DNA of 64,000 nt, taken from Limisphaerales bacterium (GTDB lineage: Bacteria; Verrucomicrobiota; Verrucomicrobiia; Limisphaerales; JAJOIW01). Location of the stretch: assembly GCA_965657355.1 (NCBI GenBank), contig CBFHOE010000003.1:96001-160000 (forward strand), read 5' to 3'. Below the pieces are notes generated by a model, which saw only the letters and a list, made by a program, of their open reading frames with translations, was not told the DNA's origin and made no database searches. Both the position numbers and the translations under genes were made by a program. Shown piece after piece: positions 19,728-27,801 of this stretch. Within the stretch, counting starts at the first letter, position 1. Every line of letters begins with the position of its first letter.

Positions 19728-20076
19728 GAAATTCTGCAATCTTTGACTTTGGTCGGCCGATTATCCCTTTTTTCCCTTTAACAATAATAGGTCTCTGTAA
19801 TAGTTGCTTGTGCTTTACAAGAATCTCTACAACGGCGTCTGGATTGCCTTCAAAGTCCTCAGCTTTGAGTTCAAGTTTCTTAAATTTTGAATCTTTACGC
19901 ACGAGGTCTTCTACTGGGTCTTTTAGTATTTTGACTAATTCCTCCAAATCCTCTTTTGTGGGTGGGGTTTTTATATACTCGATGATTTCGGCTTCGACTC
20001 CTAGTTCCTCGGCGACCGCCAGGGCGTTTTTGGAAGAACCTCAATGAGGATAATGGTATATCTTAACGGTTGTCAC
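19717..20076 (-). CDS. arsC: ArsC/Spx-family arsenate reductase with in-frame TGA at the catalytic position (probable selenoprotein, 119 aa)
   Basis: GTG at 20076 gives MTTVKIYHYPH-[TGA 20043-20041]-GSSKNALAVAEELGVEAEIIEYIKTPPTKEDL...LVRKD...LLQRPII...IGRP, in frame with the 76-aa ORF of the track; TGA aligns to the Cys of HNPxC. Confidence 0.85.
20003..20040 (-). promoter_or_regulatory. Putative bacterial SECIS hairpin immediately 3' of the in-frame UGA
   Basis: mRNA reads UGA-GGUUCUUCCAAAAACGC-CCUGGC-GGUC-GCC(G)AGG-AAC; GC-rich stem with a GGUC apical loop 23 nt after the UGA. Confidence 0.65.
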
Positions 20077-20194
20077 AATGATGGAAATTATACTAAAACG
20101 ACCAATTTATTGGAATACTTTTATCCTAGAAGTTATTTGTTGAGAAGAACCATATACAGATCTTTTAGTATTCTAAATTTATGAATTGCCTATT

Positions 20195-20719
20195 ATGCCT
20201 GTAATCACAACATCGTATATCTCGCCCGTGGGAGAATTGATCTTAGGTTCTTTTCAGAATAAACTTTGTTTATGCGATTGGAAATCTAGACAAAGAAGAA
20301 AAGCTATAGACCAAAAAATCGCCTCTACCCTGAATGAACCATTTCATCAGGGTATGGATTCTCTTCTAAATTTATCAATGGAACAGCTTAACGAATACTT
20401 TGCCGGTGAAAGAAAAAGCTTTGATATCCCGATTTTGGAGTGCGGATCACATTTTCAAAAAGAAGTTTGGAAAGCGCTCCGCGATATTCCTTATGGAACT
20501 GTGATGAGCTACGGCCAATTAGCTCAAAGTATGGGGAAACCGAATTCCACTAGAGCTGTCGCCAATGCAAATGCCGCTAATGCGATTTCTATAATAACCC
20601 CATGCCATAGAATTATTGGTAGCAGTGGAAAGCTTGTTGGATACGCGGGTGGTATGGATGCAAAGAAGCATTTGTTAAAGCATGAGTGCCCGGACGTTCT
20701 GGATTTTAGCACCTCTTGA
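20195..20719 (+). CDS. ogt: Methylated-DNA-protein-cysteine methyltransferase
   Basis: SPVGEL, FQKEVWKALRDIPYG, RAVANAN, active-site PCHRII, GYAGG. Confidence 0.93.
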   Translation: MPVITTSYISPVGELILGSFQNKLCLCDWKSRQRRKAIDQKIASTLNEPFHQGMDSLLNLSMEQLNEYFAGERKSFDIPILECGSHFQKEVWKALRDIPYGTVMSYGQLAQSMGKPNSTRAVANANAANAISIITPCHRIIGSSGKLVGYAGGMDAKKHLLKHECPDVLDFSTS

Positions 20720-20762
20720 TGCTTCTAACAAACAATCGCTGGTTAGATCGCCCGCGAAAAGC

Positions 20763-21731
20763 CTAACTATTTTGATAACAAAGTTTTTCTGCAAGCTTAA
20801 CAGCCTCAATAAGTGATCCGGGGTTGGCTATTCCTTTGCCTGCTATATCAAATGCTGTGCCATGATCAACTGATGTTCTGATGATTGGAAGACCAAGTGT
20901 GACATTGACTGCCTCATCAAATGCAAGGGCTTTAAGTGGTATGTGACCCTGGTCGTGATACATACATATAAAAGCATCGGTAACCTTTCGGTTCTTAGGT
21001 AAGAACGCAGTGTCGGGCGGCACAGGCCCCAAAATTTTAAACCCTCTTTTTTTCGCCTCAAAAATTTCGGGCTGAATGATTTCTTCCTCCTCTTTATTTC
21101 CCAACAGGCCACCTTCTCCTGCGTGTGGGTTTAATCCAAGGACGATTAAATGAGGTTCACGGCCTTTAATTTTACATAGGGCATTTCGTGTGAGCTCTAT
21201 AACATCGAATAACCTATCACGTGTTAATAAATCAGGGACTTCATTATGACCACAATGGCAGGTTACAAAACTGGCTGTCACCTCTTTTGAGTACTGTAGC
21301 ATGCAGACCTTAAGCGATGTGGTCAGGTTGGCAAGAATCTCTGTGTGCCCTATATGGGCGATTCCCGCCTTTTGTAAAGAGGACTTGTTGATTGGGGCTG
21401 TCACTATCCCATCTACACTACCTCTCATTGCATCGTCTACAGCCTGCTTGACGTAACTATAAGAGGCTCGCCCGTAGTCTTCATCAATTATTCCTCTTTT
21501 TAATGAGGTTTCAGATAGCAGCGAAGATATGCCATTTATCTGCGACTTATCAGGCTTTGGTAGATTTAAATTTTTAGCTTCTTCCTCTAAAACGGTGCGA
21601 TCTCCGTAAATGATAAGATTAATATTAGGCAGGTTGTCTTTTGAGTAATTTAATAACTTAAGGCAAACCTCTGGGCCTACCCCAGAGGGGTCTCCCATTG
21701 TAATAGCCAATTTAATTATGTCATTTTTCAC
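20763..21731 (-). CDS. pdxA: 4-hydroxythreonine-4-phosphate dehydrogenase
   Basis: ITMGDPSGVGPE, TAPINK, GHTE, GLNPHAGE, MYHDQG, RTSVDHGTAFDIAG. Confidence 0.93.
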   Translation of the reverse strand: MKNDIIKLAITMGDPSGVGPEVCLKLLNYSKDNLPNINLIIYGDRTVLEEEAKNLNLPKPDKSQINGISSLLSETSLKRGIIDEDYGRASYSYVKQAVDDAMRGSVDGIVTAPINKSSLQKAGIAHIGHTEILANLTTSLKVCMLQYSKEVTASFVTCHCGHNEVPDLLTRDRLFDVIELTRNALCKIKGREPHLIVLGLNPHAGEGGLLGNKEEEEIIQPEIFEAKKRGFKILGPVPPDTAFLPKNRKVTDAFICMYHDQGHIPLKALAFDEAVNVTLGLPIIRTSVDHGTAFDIAGKGIANPGSLIEAVKLAEKLCYQNS

Positions 21732-22043
21732 TGTCTTTTATCTCTCAAAAAATTTACCTATTGCCTGACTTATTTCAAATACCTCACATCTTTTCAATAT
21801 CAATCGCATGCTGACCTTTATCTTATCTTCACATAATCAATCGCAATTTTTTAAAGGTCTACAAAACTGGTAAGCAGATAAGTCGGTGTTTTCGTTGAAA
21901 CAAACCGAGCCTAGTTATAGCGCTTTCTGCTCATTATAAAATTGGGTAGAAATTCGCCTTTTGTAAAAATAGAATCAATCAATAATGATTCAGGGTGTAT
22001 CATCTTCAATAAACAAGATACTTGGAGTGCTGTGCGAGCAAGG

Positions 22044-23456
22044 TCATCTTGGCAGTTTTTCTGGCATGTCTGCTAAAACGTAGAGCATTGTAGCCAGAGA
22101 GGCCACACACTTTTTCATATCCTCCTTGGAAACCTTATCGACAGTGTCTGCGTGTGTGTGGTGGTATTTAAAATAATTTGTCCTATCTACCAATACATCC
22201 ATAATGGGGATCCCCTGCGAGAGCAGGGGACGTATATCTACCCCACCGGCCCCGGGCCTGACTGAGTCGGAACCTAATGGTTTATTTAATTCCGCAATTT
22301 TTTTAATAAACGGCATGGCCTTATTACTGCCAGTAAAAGCAAATCCCTCAGGAGTAAAGGTCCCAGTATCTGATTCAATGGCTATGACTACTTTATCTGA
22401 ATTCTCTTTTTGAGATTGTGCGTAAATTTTTGCTCCATTTGCTCCATTTTCCTCATTCGTCCAAAGAACGAGCCTGAGAGTTCTCTTTGGCTTGAGATCA
22501 AGGTCATGGATGAGTTTTATGGCATGCCATGCCATCATGCAGCCGCCTCCGTCGTCCTGAGCCCCTTGGCCCACATCCCAAGAATCGATGTGACCACCCA
22601 CTATTATTACCTCCTCAGGTAAGGAACTTCCTTTGAAATCGGCAACTATATTTCTGGATATGGCGTTAGGTAAGGTCTTTCCTTCCATTGATAGACGAAT
22701 GACTACCTTTTTCCCTCGATTCTGAATGCGATGAAGTCGTTCAGCATCTTCCGGAGTGATGGCGGCATGAGGAATTTTGGCAACGCCATCTGCATATCTC
22801 ATGCCTCCCGTGTGCGGTGTTTGCAAGGAGTCATGACCTACAGACCTTATAAGGCTTCCTATTGCCCCGGCACGAGAAGCCTCAATTGCCCCTGAAACCC
22901 GTATTGCTACGGTTTCTCTATAGCTGGTGAATGGTATGTTAAACAGTACAAATTTTCCTTTTGCAACATGGGCTTTGTTTTTTAAATCCTCAAAGCTTGA
23001 GACGACTAAAACCTCTCCTATTAGGCCCTCTGTGGGTGTTGCAATCGAGCCTCCAAGTCCGAGCATGGGTAGTTTTTTGTAGCTGGGTTCCAATTGTTCT
23101 GCAAACTCTTTACCTCTTTTCCAATTGGGCACGGAAACATCCTGGGTGCTGACGGATGTAAACCCATCATGCTTCAAGGTCTGAGCGATCCATTCTATTG
23201 CTTCTTCCAAATTTTTTGAGCCACTGAATCTTGGCCCAAAAGTATCACACATTTCTGCAAGCCGATCCCATGCTAGATTCGAATCTAGGGCTGCAGATTG
23301 TAATTTTTTAACGTTTTCTCGATAGGTCGAAGGGATATCACTGGGCTCCAAAGCATGGATCTGGCCACAAAAAGCAAAGACAAAAATACACGTAGCGATA
23401 CCTATTTTTATGAATGGGCGCACTGCCTCAAATCTTTTAAAACTTATTCGTAACAT
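22044..23456 (-). CDS. Secreted M28 family metallopeptidase (carboxypeptidase Q-like, PA domain)
   Basis: Signal peptide; FGPRFSGS, GGHIDSWDVGQGAQDDGGG, WTNEENG, ESDTG, YHHTHADT. Confidence 0.9.
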   Translation of the reverse strand: MLRISFKRFEAVRPFIKIGIATCIFVFAFCGQIHALEPSDIPSTYRENVKKLQSAALDSNLAWDRLAEMCDTFGPRFSGSKNLEEAIEWIAQTLKHDGFTSVSTQDVSVPNWKRGKEFAEQLEPSYKKLPMLGLGGSIATPTEGLIGEVLVVSSFEDLKNKAHVAKGKFVLFNIPFTSYRETVAIRVSGAIEASRAGAIGSLIRSVGHDSLQTPHTGGMRYADGVAKIPHAAITPEDAERLHRIQNRGKKVVIRLSMEGKTLPNAISRNIVADFKGSSLPEEVIIVGGHIDSWDVGQGAQDDGGGCMMAWHAIKLIHDLDLKPKRTLRLVLWTNEENGANGAKIYAQSQKENSDKVVIAIESDTGTFTPEGFAFTGSNKAMPFIKKIAELNKPLGSDSVRPGAGGVDIRPLLSQGIPIMDVLVDRTNYFKYHHTHADTVDKVSKEDMKKCVASLATMLYVLADMPEKLPR

Positions 23457-23512
23457 TGAGGAAATGTTGCCTTAAGGTAGTTGTTCTTCCAAGATAATTA
23501 GACGTGAGTGAT

Positions 23513-25009
23513 TCAGAGAGACCTAGCTTCATTCAGCATCAATTCAATTTGGTGTTTTGAGGCTGGAATTTTATGGCAGTTACTTAGTAATTTATTTTTC
23601 GAAGCGGGGATCATCCAGTTTGGATAATCGAGAACTCCCCCAAGGTCCCAAGAAGAAAGTTTTTCTAGTATTTGATCAAGCGTGTATCGTGTCGATAGTA
23701 ATTCACTCGCCAACGCTCTCCAATCGTTGTCTTGTTTGTATAAGAAATCGGAATACGATGGAATTAGATTTAATCTTGATTTTATTTCCTGCTGGATGAT
23801 TCCAATGAAATACACTAATGCCAACTTTTTGAATTCTTTTGAATCATGAGAAACAGAGAGCAAGGTTTTTATATATGACGATGCTGTTTGCAAGTCTCCG
23901 AGAGTCTTCTCTGAGTAAGATTTCATAAAACTTTCTTCTGAAAGATTTTCATTTCTTAAAAAGAAGTTGGCCAACCGGCCTATACCTAATAGGTTGAGCG
24001 AAAATCCTGTTGAAAGTAATGGGTCTACAAAACCACAAGAAGAAGGGAGTTTAATCCAGCGATCACCAGTTACCGGGCCTCTGATAAATTCAAGAGAATG
24101 AGATTTATAAAATGGAGTGACAATTTGGCTTTGCGAAAAAAGTTTTTTTATAGCTGGTAACCTATCTAATAATGTCCTCCATATTGTTGGTGCCTCCTCT
24201 TCCTCAAGGTTTCCTAATTGGGAAAATTTGGAAATAGATGCACCCGCACTGACGATACCATTGTTGAATCTTAAAATCCAGATCCACCCTCCTTCGAACA
24301 AGAAATGAATGGCTGAATCATCTAATGGATATGGGCTAATGCTGCCTTTTTTCAGTGCATTAGAAATAGGGCTTACATTTTGGAAATGTGCATAAACAGC
24401 AAATCGATCTCCTTCCTCCCGATGCGGCGATGATTCAGAAATAGAAAGGTGTTCGGAGGAAAAGCTATGATTGCCTGTCGCATCGATAAGATAATCTACT
24501 TTGATATTTTTTTTGATATGATTTCTCTCTACTAATGAGAGATTTAATTTTTCTTCTGAAAAATCAACAGATTCAACAACCGTTTTCTCTAAATAAGTCA
24601 CTTCATGTTTTACCGCTTGATCAACAAGAAAGAGGTCGAACTGTGGCCTATACCAATGCGTATCTGCTACCTGTTCATCTGGGCTTGCGGCCACACACAT
24701 CGTCTCTTTATTTTCGACGTTTCCCTGATCGTCTAAAAAGAAAAATGAAAAACCACGTTTTAACCCAACTTCTATATCAGGATGATGTTTTTGCCATCTT
24801 CCCCAGGTAGATAAATTGTATAAATGAGGAAGGTCGTACTTTTTGCCGAGCTCTTCCAATAAAAAGTTTGCTAGTGGAGTAGATGATTCCCCAATAGAAA
24901 ACTTGGGGTGAGAATCCCTCTCAATTAGAACCACATCGTGTCCAATTTTTTTGAGTAAGGTCGCAATGATGGCTCCTCCATACCCTGAACCAATAATTGA
25001 AATTCTCAT
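23513..25009 (-). CDS. Flavin-dependent halogenase-like oxidoreductase (tryptophan halogenase/PrnC-like)
   Basis: IIGSGYGG FAD motif, HPKFSIGES, GLKRGF (candidate catalytic Lys), HWYRPQFD, GGWIWILRF (WxWxI), GFVDPLLSTG. Confidence 0.82.
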   Translation of the reverse strand: MRISIIGSGYGGAIIATLLKKIGHDVVLIERDSHPKFSIGESSTPLANFLLEELGKKYDLPHLYNLSTWGRWQKHHPDIEVGLKRGFSFFFLDDQGNVENKETMCVAASPDEQVADTHWYRPQFDLFLVDQAVKHEVTYLEKTVVESVDFSEEKLNLSLVERNHIKKNIKVDYLIDATGNHSFSSEHLSISESSPHREEGDRFAVYAHFQNVSPISNALKKGSISPYPLDDSAIHFLFEGGWIWILRFNNGIVSAGASISKFSQLGNLEEEEAPTIWRTLLDRLPAIKKLFSQSQIVTPFYKSHSLEFIRGPVTGDRWIKLPSSCGFVDPLLSTGFSLNLLGIGRLANFFLRNENLSEESFMKSYSEKTLGDLQTASSYIKTLLSVSHDSKEFKKLALVYFIGIIQQEIKSRLNLIPSYSDFLYKQDNDWRALASELLSTRYTLDQILEKLSSWDLGGVLDYPNWMIPASKNKLLSNCHKIPASKHQIELMLNEARSL

Positions 25010-25031
25010 GCCTATAAAAAATTAAGCTGCT

Positions 25032-25973
25032 TTAAGCTTTTTCACAAAATGAGCAGATAACTGGTTTCCTCATCGATTGGTATCTATTCATTTCTTTAAA
25101 TCTAATAAATCGCTCAGGATAGCATTCTCTGCAAATGGAAAATTTAGAAAGATCCCATAGATCCAATATAGTGCGACCAGAAAAATAATTAAGTCCGACT
25201 TGAAATGCCTGGTCGATCAAGTGTAAATCGGGCTCTCTAAATTCATCTTTTTCTGTGAGTCGTTTCATATATTCTGTTTGGCCTCGGGTTGGTATTAGCG
25301 AAAGCGTCCCCACATCACATCGATTACATAAATCACATGCCTTCTCGATATCTCTCAGGCAGTCTGCCCTGCTTTTTGTAAAAGGAGGTTGTATGAGAAC
25401 AAATGCTCTTATTTTTACCTTCCACTCCTTCAATTTTGTGCAAGCTTTTCTGAAATCCGTTAAATCAAAGCCTTTATTAAGTTTACCTAGAATCTCTTCA
25501 TTCGCTGTTTCCAAACCCATTGCAATTTCAAATTCTCCGGGTATCTGGGAGCGAAATTTTGAAATCATAGGAACAGTTAGTTTCGGGTGATTTTCGACAA
25601 TGACTCTCTCGAAAGAAGAAATTAATGGAATTATTCCTGGCCAGGCTTTTTTGTTAATAGCCTTTTGATCAAAAAAACTTCCGCTGTTATATAATTTAAT
25701 CCAATTTGATTTCTGCAAATTCCCTAAAGCATATTGGATTTGTTTAATTATTTGATCACTTGAATTAGAATATGTGAGTGTGTTTTTCCAGAGATCGCAC
25801 ATAACACATCTCCAAGGGCATTCTTTGTTTGTGATAAAAACAGTCGAGATAGACTTTTTATTATCCGGGTCAAGCCACTCCTCTTCATTTAACTGAGCAT
25901 ATGGTTGATCAGGCCGTACGATATTTCTATCACTCCTGGATTTCAGGACCTCATGCGTTACAGATGGATTCAC
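25032..25973 (-). CDS. Radical SAM enzyme resembling archaeal RaSEA/TIGR01210 (Elp3-related) family
   Basis: CPWRCVMC (CX3CX2C); KLYNSGSFFD, IVENHP, EIAMGLETANEEIL..LNKGF and RAFVLIQPPF blocks; extra C-terminal CREC and CSFC. Confidence 0.82.
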   Translation of the reverse strand: MNPSVTHEVLKSRSDRNIVRPDQPYAQLNEEEWLDPDNKKSISTVFITNKECPWRCVMCDLWKNTLTYSNSSDQIIKQIQYALGNLQKSNWIKLYNSGSFFDQKAINKKAWPGIIPLISSFERVIVENHPKLTVPMISKFRSQIPGEFEIAMGLETANEEILGKLNKGFDLTDFRKACTKLKEWKVKIRAFVLIQPPFTKSRADCLRDIEKACDLCNRCDVGTLSLIPTRGQTEYMKRLTEKDEFREPDLHLIDQAFQVGLNYFSGRTILDLWDLSKFSICRECYPERFIRFKEMNRYQSMRKPVICSFCEKA

Positions 25974-26006
25974 ATCAACAGAAGTTCACAGTTAGATAAT
26001 CGCGTA

Positions 26007-27338
26007 TCAAAAAGCACCATACATGGATAGGAACTTTCTTCTGCATTCCAATTCAGTTTTTGGGAATACACTTCTCAGATCATCTTCACTGATCGCTCCA
26101 TGTTGAAACCTTCGCTTTTCAAAAGCTGGAAATTCAATATTTTCCAATATTTTGAAACCGCGTTTAATGACCTCACCTTTTAGATTATATAATTTATTTA
26201 CGTTATATTCCGTAAGTTTTTTAAAAGGTATTCCTTCCGAGACCTCGATGACATCTGGTCGAGTAAATGGGCTAAAAGCTTCAAATCCGTATTCCCTAGC
26301 TGGCGCATATGATCTCGTGTAACTACGTGATAATCCTCCAGAATACGTCTGCGAGTGCTTGAATTTTCCTACGCCCCATCCTTCATGGTAGAGCATCTGA
26401 TTGTTAATAACGCTACGGATCGTTAATTCTGGATTTTCGTGAATAGGGTAGTTCTTTAAGTTTTCATCTCCTCCATCCCCATCAATGATATATTTCCAGC
26501 TTGGATAGATTTGTCTTATTTTGCCGAGTAAAGCCAATCCCATTGCAGCACATTCCACATCCAAGATCTTATAATCTTCGATGATACTTATGGTTTTTTC
26601 GATATCGATCGATGACTGGGTAACCTCGACCGGTTCCAAAAACATTGAGAGGTTTAGTTGTTCTAAAAAAGCTCGGGCTTGATCAAGGTCTGGCCCGCTT
26701 TCAACGTGAAGGGTAAACGCCTTAAGACGCGAAAGGTTCATCCCCTTTCGACTCATCGTCAAATAAGTAGCTAGAAAGACTGCGCCACTATCGATCCCTC
26801 CTGAAAAACACACACCAATAGGCTCTTTTTCAGGCACGTGATCAACCCATTTCTCTATTTCAGAAAAAAGTGCTTTAACATAGTTTTTCCCGATGAGGTC
26901 TATATCATCAGGTTGGGAATCACTCGCCGGATCAAAAAATCTTACATGTCGGGCATCTGGATCAGGGCATCCAATCAACTCGAGATGGGCTATGTAGTGA
27001 GCTGGAACCATTCTTGTATAAGACGGATGGAACTGGTCGTCTAATTTTTCCTGCTTCAGCCAGTTTAGAATTTGGTCTATCCTTTCGGCGACAATCAAAA
27101 CTGGGCCGTCCTCTTTTTTAGCTAAGAAGTATCGGATTGGCCGATCCAGCGATCGTGCTAATTTTACCGATTTACCATCTCGGGCCAAGAGAGCAAAAGA
27201 ACCTTCAATATTTCTTAATGAGGCGATGTCTTCGCGTAAGATCCATTCTCTGACTTGTTCTTCACTGCAATTTCCAAGCTTTGTAATCTGAGGGTCAATT
27301 AAGTCGACTACTTGCTCGAGATATTGATGAGTTACCAT
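26007..27338 (-). CDS. Asparagine-synthetase-like ATP-dependent amide ligase with a truncated glutaminase domain
   Basis: PP-loop FSGGIDS, GDGGDENL, remnant EGSFAL...LARSLDRPIRYF; no N-terminal Cys; ATG 27338 preferred over TTG 27383. Confidence 0.82.
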   Translation of the reverse strand: MVTHQYLEQVVDLIDPQITKLGNCSEEQVREWILREDIASLRNIEGSFALLARDGKSVKLARSLDRPIRYFLAKKEDGPVLIVAERIDQILNWLKQEKLDDQFHPSYTRMVPAHYIAHLELIGCPDPDARHVRFFDPASDSQPDDIDLIGKNYVKALFSEIEKWVDHVPEKEPIGVCFSGGIDSGAVFLATYLTMSRKGMNLSRLKAFTLHVESGPDLDQARAFLEQLNLSMFLEPVEVTQSSIDIEKTISIIEDYKILDVECAAMGLALLGKIRQIYPSWKYIIDGDGGDENLKNYPIHENPELTIRSVINNQMLYHEGWGVGKFKHSQTYSGGLSRSYTRSYAPAREYGFEAFSPFTRPDVIEVSEGIPFKKLTEYNVNKLYNLKGEVIKRGFKILENIEFPAFEKRRFQHGAISEDDLRSVFPKTELECRRKFLSMYGAF

Positions 27339-27801
27339 GGATACAAAGATAAGGTTCCCAGAGTAATCAGTCAATCTACTCAATAGATGTTACAAAGTGA
27401 ATTGTCCTTAGAAATAGCCCCAATTATTTTTTTCCATGCTGTCGCCCAAAATAATTCATTAATTCATTTCAAAACGAGGAATTTTGAATAGTAGCCATGC
27501 AACTTGTCCAAAGAATAAAAATTCAAAGTGATTCCACTTTTTTCATGAGGAATCGGAATAATTTGGATATGAGTTTAAAAAGACGTCGATTTCGAATGAT
27601 TGATAAAATTTCTTTTCTAAAAGTGTAAATTAATAATTAGGCTCCCTTTGAATGGAAGCATGAAATCTGAGCCTTTGCCGTATACGCGATGGATAAGTTT
27701 TGCTGGTAATCCCAGTATTAATGCATTTAGCACTTTGATGTGGCAATTTGTATTCTTGGTATTTTTCAATTCGCAATGTCATACAGGCTGAGAGTAAAAT
27801 A

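Noticed and set aside
19724..20047. 107-aa plus-strand ORF in the track
   Set aside because: Antisense to the ArsC-family gene, which has clear family motifs.
21799..21845. Direct repeat atcaatcgca x2 upstream of pdxA
   Set aside because: Only two 10-bp copies in AT-rich DNA; insufficient to call an operator or array.
27340..27800. Search for a RiPP/lasso precursor upstream of the Asn-synthetase-like gene
   Set aside because: The ATG-started minus-strand ORFs I found are very short (<=10 codons), apart from an 85-aa track ORF overlapping polX antisense. None has a leader/core pattern, and no RRE or lasso peptidase gene is nearby.
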